In this document: positions 16,609 through 25,907 of the stretch, piece after piece | Layout of the letters: each line of letters begins with the position of its first letter | How positions within the stretch are numbered: position 1 is the first letter of the stretch | Assembly: GCA_020848665.1 (NCBI GenBank) | Contig: JADLHR010000385.1 | Location: forward strand, 1 to 32,615 | Direction of reading: 5' to 3' | Length of the DNA: 32,615 nucleotides | Source: Anaerolineae bacterium | GTDB taxonomy: Bacteria > Chloroflexota > Anaerolineae > Aggregatilineales > Aggregatilineaceae | Made by a program: the position numbers and the translations under genes | The notes under the pieces: model-generated | The model's database searches: none | What the model was told of the DNA's origin: nothing | Seen by the model: only the letters and a program-made list of their open reading frames with translations

Positions 16609-18153
16609 ATGCCGCTTGATCCGAGCATCCCGCTGCAAGCCAAGGCCCCTGACCCCCTTCAGACGATGGGGCAATGGATCGGTCTGGCGCGCCAGAAGCA
16701 AGCGCTTGAGCGCGAGACGGCGACGCTGCCGACCGACATCGAGAAGAGCAAGGCCGAGTCGGAGCGGGCGCGGATCGACGCCGAGAAGGCGCGCCGTACG
16801 CTGGACGACTACATCCGCCAGCAGCGAGCCACGGCCGAGTCGGCGGAAGCCGCGGCGAAGGTAGCCTCCGGCAGCGCCGAGGCCGACATCGTAAAGCGCA
16901 AGGCAGAGTCAGGAAAGGCTGTCACCGAGGCGGAGAAGGCGAAGTTCGGCCTGTCCACCGACTACATGAGCGTGCTGCGCGCCAGCAGGGACCGATTCCT
17001 GGCCGACGAGCGGTTCGATCCGGATTCGCCGAAGTTCGATCGTCGGGCGATGCTGGAGGCCATGGCCGACGCGCGTGATGAATCGATCCGCGCAGGCGCG
17101 CCGCGTCATCTGGCTGAGGAACAATTCGCGATCAGCATGGCGCAGGCAGCCCAGGATCCGCGGACTTACCGGCAGACGATGCAAAACAGTATCGTGGCCG
17201 GCAACAACTCAGCCGGTCAGGCGCAACTGGCCCAGCCCGTCGGCATCCAGACGAACAGCGGCCAAGTCACGCAGGTGGTCAACGCGAATCGGTTCGCCGG
17301 GCCCGTGGGCCAAGCCATCCAAGGCACGCGGACGCAGCAGCAGCCGCCGCCGACCACGCAGGTGTTCTATGACGATGGCGAGGGCGGCGGCCGGATGGGC
17401 CTGTATGGGGCGCAGGGCGGCGGCGTGCGCCCAGCGGCACCGCAGCCGATGCCGGGCGCTCCGCGGATCGCACCGGCCGGCGCAGGAGCGCCCGCGGCCC
17501 CGGCTCAGACCCCGCCGCCGCGCAGCTTCGTTCCGTCCGGCCCGCCTATGGGTGCCGAGGCCAACATGCAAGGTCAGGTGCAGGTGGTGCAGGCCGACCG
17601 AACGGCCACCGCCAGCGCGGCTGCTTTCGCCGAGCAGAACAAGGCGACGCTTGCCAAGATCCGCGAGATCGTCACGAAAGCGCCAACTGGCGTCGGAGCC
17701 GACAAGCAGGCATTCGCCGCAGGCCTCGGCGCATTGATCGGCATGGAGTCGGGCGACGAGAAGAAGTCGGCCGCGGATCTGCTGAACAAGTACTCTGCGC
17801 AGTTGCAGGCGCTGACCGGCGGTAACACCGACATGGCGCGCTCAATCGTCGAAGCGGCCATTCCGAACAGCAAGATGACCGATACGGCCATCCGGAAGGT
17901 GGCCCGTGAGTTGACCGCAGTCCAAGACATGGCGCTGGCCAAGCAGCGGTTCCTGGCGCGCGTCGAGCACAACCCTGTGCAGTATCGAGAGCAACTGGCG
18001 ATCTTCAATCGCGTGGCGGACCCGCGGGTGTTCCAGTTCCCGACGATGAACCTGAAGGAACAGGCCGCCCTGCGCAAATCGATGACACCGGCCGAGCGTG
18101 GCGAGTTCGAGGCGAAGCTCGAGGCGGCCGAACAGTTCGGCCTGATCCGGTGA
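16609..18153 (+). CDS. Internal virion / ejection protein (second of three)
   Basis: 514 aa. Charged helical N-terminal region and a Pro/Ala/Gly-rich centre. Assigned by synteny. Confidence 0.55.
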   Translation: MPLDPSIPLQAKAPDPLQTMGQWIGLARQKQALERETATLPTDIEKSKAESERARIDAEKARRTLDDYIRQQRATAESAEAAAKVASGSAEADIVKRKAESGKAVTEAEKAKFGLSTDYMSVLRASRDRFLADERFDPDSPKFDRRAMLEAMADARDESIRAGAPRHLAEEQFAISMAQAAQDPRTYRQTMQNSIVAGNNSAGQAQLAQPVGIQTNSGQVTQVVNANRFAGPVGQAIQGTRTQQQPPPTTQVFYDDGEGGGRMGLYGAQGGGVRPAAPQPMPGAPRIAPAGAGAPAAPAQTPPPRSFVPSGPPMGAEANMQGQVQVVQADRTATASAAAFAEQNKATLAKIREIVTKAPTGVGADKQAFAAGLGALIGMESGDEKKSAADLLNKYSAQLQALTGGNTDMARSIVEAAIPNSKMTDTAIRKVARELTAVQDMALAKQRFLARVEHNPVQYREQLAIFNRVADPRVFQFPTMNLKEQAALRKSMTPAERGEFEAKLEAAEQFGLIR

Positions 18154-20240
18154 TGGGTAAGTACTCGGATCAGTTCCGCTCGCTCGGAGCCGGAGAATCC
18201 GAGATCCGCGATACCGCGAACCGCGGGTATGCAGCTCGCTTTCGCGCACTGGAAGAGTTCGACGAGCGAATCAGCAAGGCCGCCGAGGCACCGGAGGGCG
18301 GCACGTCGACGCCGCAGCAGCCGAAGAAGCCGCGCAGCACCTGGGAGAAGATCCTCGGCATCCCCGATGCCGCCCTGACGATCGGCACCGGCATGGCGTC
18401 CGGCCTGATGGGCGCCGGCGCCGGCATTCTCGACAACATGCTGTCGGGCACCTGGGGCACCCGCGAAGGCACGCAATTGGCGGAGCGTACCGCCGGCCGG
18501 GTGATGGAGCGCAACACCTGGACGCCGCGCACCGAGGCGGGCCGGGAGTATGCGGAGACCGTAGGTCGCGCCTTGAACGATTCCGGCATCGTCGCGGTCG
18601 CTCCGATGATGGATGTCGTCGGCGCCGTTCCGCATGGTGTGCAGGCCCAGCTCGCCGCTCAGTTTGGACGCCTGCGCGGTCGCGCGCCGTCGGTCCGCGC
18701 TGCGGATATCCCGCCGCCGGAGGCGCCCCCGAACGTCGGGATCAACCCAGGCGGGATGCCGTCATCACCAGGCGGTGCTGGGGCCACCGCTGATGCCGCC
18801 GCGGCGACGTCAACCGGCGCACGCATCGCTGAACTGCCGGGCGCTGGCGGCGCGCCCACGGCGCCGCAGCCGACAGTCCCTGCAGTTCGCCAGGCGGTGA
18901 CGCGTGCGGAGCGCGAGGGCCGCACGGTGAACACCGACGCGCTGACGCGTCAGGAACGGGCGGGCTCGCTGCCCGTTCCGATCGATCTGACGCGCGGCCA
19001 GGCGCTGCAGGATCCGGCGCTGATCTCGATGGAGCGCAACCTGCGCTCGCGCAATCCGGCGTTGGTCGAACGCTACGGCGCGCAGAACCGTGCGCTACAG
19101 GCCAATGTCGATCAGATGCGCACCACGGCCGCTCCCGACGTGATGATCGAGAACCCGACCGCCGCGGGCCAGGCGCTGGTGGAACGCATGGCCGGCCGTC
19201 AAGCCGAGCGCGCGGCCGAGACGAGTGCCGCCTATCAAGCACTGCGCGATGCCAACGCCGGGGCGCTGCCGCTGGATGGCGCCACGTTCGGCGCCGAAGC
19301 GGGCCGAGCGCTCGAATCGAACATGAAAGGGGCGTTTCTCCCGTCGTCCGTGCAGTCGATCGTCGAGCAGTTCGCCAGCGGCAAGCGAGCGATGACCTTC
19401 GAGAACTTCGAGAATCTCCGCACGATCCTCGCGAGCGAGGCCCGCAAAGCCCAGCGATCGGGCGACGGCAATGCAGCGGCGGCCATCCGCTCTGTGCGCG
19501 ACACGCTGGAGAACATGCCGATCAGCTCCGAGGTCGCAGAGGTCAAGGCACTGGCCGACCGAGCCCGTGCCCTGGCGCGTGCCGAGTTCGCCCGCGAAGA
19601 GGCGATGGCCGGCTACGGCGAGGTGGCCGCCGGCAGCGCGGCGGCGGACACCTTCGTGCAGCGCCATTTCATCAACCGCCGCGACACCAAAGCGGTGGCG
19701 CGCGAGTTGGCGGACCTCGATCCGGAATCGCAGCAGATCGTCCGCGCCGAGGTGATCAATCACCTCCAGCGCCAAGGCACTGACTCCTCGCGCAACTTTA
19801 ACTCGTCGGGCTACAACCGGGCGCTGAACGCGCTCGGTACGCGTCTGGATGCCATCTTTCCAGCCGAGCAGGCGGCGCAGCTCCGCGCCATCGGCCAGGT
19901 TGCGCGCGACATCGATGCGCAACCCAAGGGCGCCTGGGTCAACAACTCGAACACCAGCGTGGCCGAGCTCGCGCGAGAGGGGCTGGCCTCGTCGGTCGAG
20001 GCGGCTGCCAACGCGAAGACCGGGGGCATCGGCGGCACGATCATGCGCGGCAAGTTCAGCGACATGTTGAACAGGAAGCGGCTGGCCCGGGAGAACGAAG
20101 CGATCCTCGGGCCGGGAGCCGGCATTGTCGGGGAGTCGACCGCGAAGGCGCGCCGCGGAGGCGCGCCGGTGCTGCCGGCCGTTACCACGCCAGCACAATC
20201 GTCAGGCGCAATGCGCGAGCGTCAGAAAGCGGACCAATGA
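18150..20240 (+). CDS. Internal virion / ejection protein (third and largest)
   Basis: 696 aa. Start is GTG 18150 (GTGA overlap) or ATG 18153. Assigned by synteny with P22 gene 16. I saw no enzymatic motif. Confidence 0.55.
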   Translation: MMGKYSDQFRSLGAGESEIRDTANRGYAARFRALEEFDERISKAAEAPEGGTSTPQQPKKPRSTWEKILGIPDAALTIGTGMASGLMGAGAGILDNMLSGTWGTREGTQLAERTAGRVMERNTWTPRTEAGREYAETVGRALNDSGIVAVAPMMDVVGAVPHGVQAQLAAQFGRLRGRAPSVRAADIPPPEAPPNVGINPGGMPSSPGGAGATADAAAATSTGARIAELPGAGGAPTAPQPTVPAVRQAVTRAEREGRTVNTDALTRQERAGSLPVPIDLTRGQALQDPALISMERNLRSRNPALVERYGAQNRALQANVDQMRTTAAPDVMIENPTAAGQALVERMAGRQAERAAETSAAYQALRDANAGALPLDGATFGAEAGRALESNMKGAFLPSSVQSIVEQFASGKRAMTFENFENLRTILASEARKAQRSGDGNAAAAIRSVRDTLENMPISSEVAEVKALADRARALARAEFAREEAMAGYGEVAAGSAAADTFVQRHFINRRDTKAVARELADLDPESQQIVRAEVINHLQRQGTDSSRNFNSSGYNRALNALGTRLDAIFPAEQAAQLRAIGQVARDIDAQPKGAWVNNSNTSVAELAREGLASSVEAAANAKTGGIGGTIMRGKFSDMLNRKRLARENEAILGPGAGIVGESTAKARRGGAPVLPAVTTPAQSSGAMRERQKADQ

Positions 20241-20419
20241 AACCCCTTCACCCGGAACGCGCGGTTCACCGCCCCCACCGTGACCAGGCCGGCCAGCCAG
20301 CCGAGCGGCTTCTCGCCGGTGACGTGCGCCGCGATCACGCCGATCAGCGTGCCGACGATCAGCAGCAAGTAGAGCTGCCAGAAGCCGATCCACAGCCGTG
20401 TCAGCAGGAACCGAATCAT
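20222..20419 (-). CDS. Small integral membrane protein (65 aa, 1-2 TM) encoded antisense to the structural operon; moron / candidate superinfection-exclusion factor
   Basis: By hand count, 60 of 65 codons end in G/C, against about 62% for the competing plus-strand ORF. Hydrophobic sequence: LWIGFWQLYLLLIVGTLIGVIAAHV ... LGWLAGLVTVGAV. Confidence 0.65.
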   Translation of the reverse strand: MIRFLLTRLWIGFWQLYLLLIVGTLIGVIAAHVTGEKPLGWLAGLVTVGAVNRAFRVKGFHWSAF

Positions 20420-20438
20420 GGTCGTCCCGGAGGGTTGA

Positions 20439-21050
20439 ATGCCTAACGTCAGTATCGCACCCGGTTTGGGGATTGGCTACCAGGGGCTGCTGCCGAACGG
20501 CCGGCCGAACAATGCCGGGCGGCTGCGCACGTTCCAGGCCGGGACCACCACGCCGATCGCCACCTACACGAACCAGGCCGGCACGATCGCCAACGCCAAC
20601 CCGATCGTGCTCAACGCGGACGGGCGCCCACCGCAGCCGATCTGGCTCGACAACGCGCTGCTCTACAAGTTCCAGCTCGAGGACGCCGCCGGCAACGTGC
20701 TGGCCACCTTCGACAACATCGAGCCGTCCGCCAGCGCCGCCGGGCTGGGCGGCAACACTGGCCCGGCGTTTCTCGCTCAGCGCGCGGTGCCGGGCTACCA
20801 GTGGCTGCCAAGCGGCATCCTGATCCAGTGGGGCGCCACCGTCGGCATCGCGTCGAGTGCGAATCTGGTCTTTGCGCTGCCGGTCGCCTATTCCAACGCG
20901 CTGCTATCTGCAGTGGTGACGCCGCTCGGAACAGGCAACAGCGCCACCCCCGTGTCCGGAGCCATCGAGCTCGTCAACGCGGGCACGGTCCGGATCTACA
21001 ACAAGTCGGCCACGAGCGAAGCCTTCACCTGGCTCGCCATCGGCTACTGA
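20439..21050 (+). CDS. Tail fibre protein (short)
   Basis: The N-terminus GRLRTFQAGTTTPIATYTNQAGTIANANPIVLNADGRP...YKFQLEDAAGNVL is the common phage tail-fibre/tailspike N-terminal pattern. The C-terminal part looks like a small receptor-binding knob. RBS GGAGGG. Confidence 0.7.
   Translation: MPNVSIAPGLGIGYQGLLPNGRPNNAGRLRTFQAGTTTPIATYTNQAGTIANANPIVLNADGRPPQPIWLDNALLYKFQLEDAAGNVLATFDNIEPSASAAGLGGNTGPAFLAQRAVPGYQWLPSGILIQWGATVGIASSANLVFALPVAYSNALLSAVVTPLGTGNSATPVSGAIELVNAGTVRIYNKSATSEAFTWLAIGY
20451..20479 (-). promoter_or_regulatory. Candidate sigma70-type promoter for the inverted membrane-protein gene
   Basis: On the minus strand: TAGCCA (20479-20474), a 17-nt spacer, then GATACT (20456-20451), about 30 nt upstream of ATG 20419. 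Each hexamer matches consensus at only 4 of 6 positions. Confidence 0.25.
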
Positions 21051-21065
21051 TCGCGAGGAAAGAGC

Positions 21066-21434
21066 ATGCCTTCTGTCAACGCCGGACCCGCGTCGACCAC
21101 CACCCAGAACGTCCAGGCCATGATGGGCGTGGCCGCGGGAATGACCACGCCGATCACCCGATCGGCTGAACAAGGTCTGCGAGGGGACGAGAGCGGCGCC
21201 ATCATCGTGACGACCGACGCGGCGCCGACCACGCTGTACGTGATCGGCAAGATCCAGTCTGGCTGGAACGCCATGGTGATTCAGGGAGGCGCTGGACAGA
21301 TCACACTCGCGGGCGCCGCCGGCGTCACGCTGCTGCAAGCTGCCGGGCTCGCGGCGACCGCAGCCCAATACAGCGGCGTATCGCTATACGCCATTGCTGA
21401 CGACCAGGTCGTGATGGCCGGTGATATGCAATGA
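21066..21434 (+). CDS. Hypothetical tail-cluster protein (122 aa)
   Basis: RBS GAGGAAAG. ATGA coupling to the next gene. Confidence 0.5.
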   Translation: MPSVNAGPASTTTQNVQAMMGVAAGMTTPITRSAEQGLRGDESGAIIVTTDAAPTTLYVIGKIQSGWNAMVIQGGAGQITLAGAAGVTLLQAAGLAATAAQYSGVSLYAIADDQVVMAGDMQ

Positions 21435-23674
21435 GCTACGCGATTCCCCCGCTCCGCGCCTGGCAATCCGGCTCTCAGTCGTTTTGGAACAGGCGGCTGT
21501 TCTGGTCGGAAGAGGAGTACGAGGCGGCGCCGGGACGGAATAAGACGCTGCTGGACGCCGCCGTCATGTCGGCACTTGGCTTCACGTCGAGCGGCGGCGC
21601 CAACGGCACGGCGGTCGACAGTAGCGGCAATCTCGTCGCTGCATCGGCGCCGCGCATCACGCACGAGCGCGGGGCGACACACTGCTTGACTCAGTGGACT
21701 TCCAGCCTGGCGCAATTGTATCCGGCTCTGGTCACCACCGCTGGACAGTTCAAATCGCCTGACGGGCTGGCAACGCTGCAACTGGCCACGAGCCCTGTCA
21801 GTTACTTCAACCTCAACGCGGGATTCACGGCGCTCAGCAACACTTGCACGCTGGTGGCGTACATCAAGCGCGGCAGTTTCGACTACGACGCCGCCTCTAA
21901 GTATGGTTTTTACAACAGTGCCACTAGCCTGGACATCGGCTACGCAGCACCGAACTACTCGACCGGGAAAATAGAGGCGATCCAGAGCTTAGCCGGCACG
22001 ATCACGGCTCGGACGGAGCCGATGGGCAACGGCGTGTTCAAGCTGATCGTCACTGCGACGGGGGGAATGTCGGCCGGCGACCCGTGTTTGGTGTATGCCG
22101 GGGCGACAGGGGGCGTCGTGGGGCCTGGGCACCAGCATTGGACGAGCGCGTGCCACGTCAACGACGGGCCGTTGCCGCTGCCGTTCCTCAACACGTTTGA
22201 CACTCGTCCGCTGTTCAGCGCCGGCACGCCGATGCGGCAGAACCTGTTCGCCACGACGGATCTGACGAATCTGACGCAGTTCGGCCGAAATGGCGTCACG
22301 CCCTCGGCCCTCGGCGCTGTCGGTCCGGGAGGCGCTCCAGCGTATCGGCTGACAAAGGACGACGCGTTGGGAAGCCGCTCGCTGTGGGCGCACAACGATA
22401 CTCTGCCAAGCCTCGTGGCTGGATGCGTGAATACGCTTTATCTTGCGCTGCGCGGCGGGACGATAGCGGACGTGGGCATGCTCAGCAACGCGGGCTGGTC
22501 AGCAGTGCGTGCTGAGATCGTGTCGGGACCGGGAACGGTCAATAGTAATGCGTTGCCGAGAATCGACGGACTGCAGTCTGGGCAATGGACCATTGTCCGC
22601 ATCCGCAACGTGCCGGCCGACCTTGTCAGCTGGGGCGGTCTATACATCTACCCCGGCGGCGCAGGGCCTGATGGCGCGGGAAGCTATATCGACGTGTCGA
22701 CTGTGATGCTTCACGAGGGCACCGCCGATCTGTCATTCGAGCCCGATCCGATCTCCGTCTACCCGCAAGCCGCCCTCCTCATCGAGCCCGCCCGCACGCG
22801 CGAGACGCTGTATCCGCGCGACCTGACGCAAGCGGCGTGGGTCAAGAACAACATGACGGCCACGAAGACTGCCGTCGGCACTGATGGCGTGGCGAACAGC
22901 GCAAGCACGCTGACCGCATCGGCGAGCAACGGCACATGCCTGCAAAGCGTCACCAGCGCCAGCGCCAATCGCGCCTTCGGCCCGCACATCCGGTCGCGCA
23001 GTGCTGCCTCTCTCATCCTCGATTTGACGTGCGACGGCGGAACGACGTGGCAGGCCGTGACGGCCAATGCGGCATGGATGCCGTACAGCGCGCTCAAGGC
23101 AAGTGTCACGAATCCGAGCTACGGATTTCGGCTGCGCAGTAGCGGCGACAGCATTGACGTGGATTGGGCGCAGGGCGAAATCGGGGACTTCGCCACGTCA
23201 CCGATAGGCGGCACAGAGAGCGCGGCGCAGACGCGGAGCGTCGACACCATCGGCACGCCCGCTGACTGGATCAGCGATGCGGCGGGTACGGTCGCAGCGA
23301 CCTTTGTGGCGCCGATTGACGTGTCGGGATACCCGGCTGTGGTGGGCACCCCGGGCAGCGCGATGCCGGTCTATGTGAGCGCCACGCGAGCCGTGGGAAT
23401 ATTCGACGGTCTGAGTCTCGCCGGGGCTGTTGCAACAGTCGCAGGCAACGTGTATCGAGCAGCTTCGAATTGGGGCACTGGCGTGATAGGTATCAGTGTG
23501 GACGGCCTGCCAGTAAACAGCGATGTGTACGACGGCACGATGGGCTCGTCCCTGTACCTCGGACGGACTGGCGGGGGCAATATCCTCGGCAGCGGCATTC
23601 TCGCGCTCGAACTCTCGGGCACGAAGGCAACCGACGCCCAGCTCCAGCTTGCCTCTCAAGGCTTACTTCCATAA
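21431..23674 (+). CDS. Large tail fibre / host-specificity protein with repeated jelly-roll (ConA/LamG-like) modules
   Basis: 747 aa. Module boundaries such as AALLIEPARTRETLYPRDLTQAAWVKNNMTATKTAVGTDGVANSASTL resemble phage receptor-binding proteins. Third-position GC is lower than in the core genes. Confidence 0.6.
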   Translation: MSYAIPPLRAWQSGSQSFWNRRLFWSEEEYEAAPGRNKTLLDAAVMSALGFTSSGGANGTAVDSSGNLVAASAPRITHERGATHCLTQWTSSLAQLYPALVTTAGQFKSPDGLATLQLATSPVSYFNLNAGFTALSNTCTLVAYIKRGSFDYDAASKYGFYNSATSLDIGYAAPNYSTGKIEAIQSLAGTITARTEPMGNGVFKLIVTATGGMSAGDPCLVYAGATGGVVGPGHQHWTSACHVNDGPLPLPFLNTFDTRPLFSAGTPMRQNLFATTDLTNLTQFGRNGVTPSALGAVGPGGAPAYRLTKDDALGSRSLWAHNDTLPSLVAGCVNTLYLALRGGTIADVGMLSNAGWSAVRAEIVSGPGTVNSNALPRIDGLQSGQWTIVRIRNVPADLVSWGGLYIYPGGAGPDGAGSYIDVSTVMLHEGTADLSFEPDPISVYPQAALLIEPARTRETLYPRDLTQAAWVKNNMTATKTAVGTDGVANSASTLTASASNGTCLQSVTSASANRAFGPHIRSRSAASLILDLTCDGGTTWQAVTANAAWMPYSALKASVTNPSYGFRLRSSGDSIDVDWAQGEIGDFATSPIGGTESAAQTRSVDTIGTPADWISDAAGTVAATFVAPIDVSGYPAVVGTPGSAMPVYVSATRAVGIFDGLSLAGAVATVAGNVYRAASNWGTGVIGISVDGLPVNSDVYDGTMGSSLYLGRTGGGNILGSGILALELSGTKATDAQLQLASQGLLP

Positions 23675-23683
23675 GGACTCAAA

Positions 23684-24103
23684 ATGGACCAATACAAATC
23701 AACAGACCTCACCGCCGAAGCTCGGCCCCGAGTCGCTGAACTCCGCATCAGCTTCCCTCACGGTGCCGCTCCCGGTGTGACCACTGTGCTCGAAGAAGAA
23801 CTGACGTTAAGCGACGGTCGGGTCTTCTATAACGGCATACCAGCCATCGGTTCGGCCGTCGCTGCCGACGACGTGATTTACGAACTGCATCACGAAACCC
23901 GTGCCCCTACCGGCAACAAGATGGCGATGGCTGAGTTCCTGAACTGGGCAGCGTCGTTCGGCATCACGCAGCATGCGCGACGAGTCGATTCGAAGGCGGT
24001 CGCCGCCATGCTGCCGGTCAAAGACCCCTCGATTCCGAGCAAACCGATGCCGGCCGAGGCCACCGAAGCCATTCGTTCGGGTGGGACGGATGTCTTCCGC
24101 TAA
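23684..24103 (+). CDS. Hypothetical protein (139 aa), compositionally atypical
   Basis: RBS AAGGA. Many A/T-ending codons (caa, aaa, tca, aca, gaa, tta, tat, ata). Confidence 0.5.
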   Translation: MDQYKSTDLTAEARPRVAELRISFPHGAAPGVTTVLEEELTLSDGRVFYNGIPAIGSAVAADDVIYELHHETRAPTGNKMAMAEFLNWAASFGITQHARRVDSKAVAAMLPVKDPSIPSKPMPAEATEAIRSGGTDVFR

Positions 24104-25904
24104 CAGCGGTCCGGCCAGCAGTGGCGGCAATCCGGGGCCGGCAGTCGACACGCCACAGAATTCGTTCGCATACCCGATCTATTCCGGCGTCTCCGACAGC
24201 GGCCGGCCGGTCTATCCCGGGAACCCGGGCGATATCGTCAAGAACTTGACACAGCAGCTGCTTGGCCCGCCCGGCGGCCAGTACGTGCTTGACAGCTGGC
24301 AGTGGTTCGGCGATCAGTGGGTCGAGCGCTACGTGCCGATCGGCGAGCCCGCGACCACCACGGGCGATGTGACCGTCATCGACTCGACGGGCGCAAACCG
24401 CGGCGCCGTGCAGACGATCAAGGTCCTCGGCAACTTCACCGTCGTGAACGGCGTGCTGACGCTGGATCTGACGCAGGCGGCCTCCGGCACCGGCGGCACT
24501 GGCACCGGCACCGACACCGGCGACAACACGCAGAACCCGCCCGGCACGATCGCGACGCCGGCATTCGATGCGCAGACGCTGAGCGCCGTGCTCGCGGCAA
24601 TCGCCTCCGGTGCCGCAGGCTCCAAGCGCCTGGCGGGCTGGACGCAGTTCTCGTCGATCCTGGGCGGCTCCTGGAACGTGGTGCTGCGCCAGGACGGCAC
24701 CGTGCGTTATCGCGCGAAGTACACCGCCGCGATTACGCCGGGCGCGACGCTCACCGCCCCCCAGGTGCCAAACACCGTCACGACGAACAGCACCGCCGAC
24801 TTCAATGTCGGCACCTGGACGCTCGCCATTGAGAAGGACGGCGACGCGAGCCGGTTCCTGTTGGCGACCGCCGGCGCCACCGGCGGCGGCAAGCAGGTCA
24901 CGTTCGCCGCCAACCTCGACAACAGCAAGAGCGTCGATCTGAGCCAGACGGTGTTCACCTTCCCCGAGGCGCTGGACATCACCGCGTCCGCGACGCGGCT
25001 GTCGGTCAGCGACCCGCGGGTGCTGTCGATGATCGATCCGTCGCAGCCGTGGAACTCGTCGATCGCGGGCACGAAGTACGATCACCGGATCCAGGCGGAT
25101 CGGCAGTACACGGCTTCAGCCCAACTGACGACGGCCGGCACGACCTGGGGCAACATCACCACCGTTCGAACCCCCAGCTCGATCACGTGGAACGGGTTCG
25201 ACATCCTGCGGCGCAATGCCGTGGACCCAGGCGGCCAGCCGGGCGCCAGCTTCTACATGGCGCTGCACCCGCCGGTCGCCTGGGATGCCGATCCCACCAC
25301 GGCGCGCGCGATCCTGAGCTGCTTCGGCGAGACGGTGGACTACGACACGCCGTTCCGGTGGGCGTTCTCGGTCGAGCCGCGCGCCAGCTCGATCGGCCCG
25401 AACATCGCGTTCAACATCGCGAACTGCCACTACGGCGGCGATGCGCCCGGGAATCAGCAGCCGTTCGACATCCTGATCGGTGGCAACGGCAAGCTGCTGC
25501 TGTCGGTGACCTGGGCCGCCGACAACGTGCCGGCGAAGGGCGGCCAGCAGCAGCGCTGGGACGTGCCGCTGCTCGACTACTTCCTGCAGGTCGGGCACCG
25601 GTACTACTTCGAGATCCGCTGCCGGATCAAGAACGACGGCACCGGCTATCTGCAGATCCGGATTCGCGATGGCCTGGCCGGCACGGTCACGCTGTGGGTC
25701 AACCACGTCGGACCGCTCGGCTGGCCCGGTGGTACGAGGAAGTTCGGGCCGAAGTGGGGCCCGTACGACTACAGCGATCCTCACGTGCTGTTCTGCGAGA
25801 TCGACAGCGACGGCAGCGTCGTGGTGCTCGACCGCGAGCAGCCCGGCTACCCCTCCCTCACCACCGCGATCTTGATGGACACGGTCGCCTACTACGGAAC
25901 CTGA
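24090..25904 (+). CDS. Tail fibre/tailspike-like protein with a C-terminal jelly-roll domain, possibly polysaccharide-lyase-like
   Basis: 605 aa from ATG 24090 (the track ORF begins at 23973, inside the upstream gene). The Gly/Thr linker GTGGTGTGTDTGDN separates the N- and C-terminal regions. C-terminal pattern: HRYYFEIRCRIKNDGTGYLQIRIRDG...LWVNHVGPLGWPGG...KWGPYDY. Confidence 0.55.
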   Translation: MSSANSGPASSGGNPGPAVDTPQNSFAYPIYSGVSDSGRPVYPGNPGDIVKNLTQQLLGPPGGQYVLDSWQWFGDQWVERYVPIGEPATTTGDVTVIDSTGANRGAVQTIKVLGNFTVVNGVLTLDLTQAASGTGGTGTGTDTGDNTQNPPGTIATPAFDAQTLSAVLAAIASGAAGSKRLAGWTQFSSILGGSWNVVLRQDGTVRYRAKYTAAITPGATLTAPQVPNTVTTNSTADFNVGTWTLAIEKDGDASRFLLATAGATGGGKQVTFAANLDNSKSVDLSQTVFTFPEALDITASATRLSVSDPRVLSMIDPSQPWNSSIAGTKYDHRIQADRQYTASAQLTTAGTTWGNITTVRTPSSITWNGFDILRRNAVDPGGQPGASFYMALHPPVAWDADPTTARAILSCFGETVDYDTPFRWAFSVEPRASSIGPNIAFNIANCHYGGDAPGNQQPFDILIGGNGKLLLSVTWAADNVPAKGGQQQRWDVPLLDYFLQVGHRYYFEIRCRIKNDGTGYLQIRIRDGLAGTVTLWVNHVGPLGWPGGTRKFGPKWGPYDYSDPHVLFCEIDSDGSVVVLDREQPGYPSLTTAILMDTVAYYGT

Positions 25905-25907
25905 GCC

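Noticed and set aside
20237-20446. A plus-strand 69-aa ORF that fills the gap between the ejection gene and the tail fibre, with ATGA coupling
   Set aside because: Only about 62% of its codons end in G/C by hand count, and the product is an Arg/His/Asp/Gln/Pro-rich string. The antisense ORF (20222-20419) has 60 of 65 G/C-ending codons and a coherent membrane-protein sequence.
23973-24089. An N-terminal extension of the 24090-25904 fibre gene (the track's 643-aa version)
   Set aside because: The extension (MRDESIRRRSPPCCRSKTPRFRANRCRP...) is Arg/Cys/Pro-rich and lies inside the 139-aa upstream gene in another frame.
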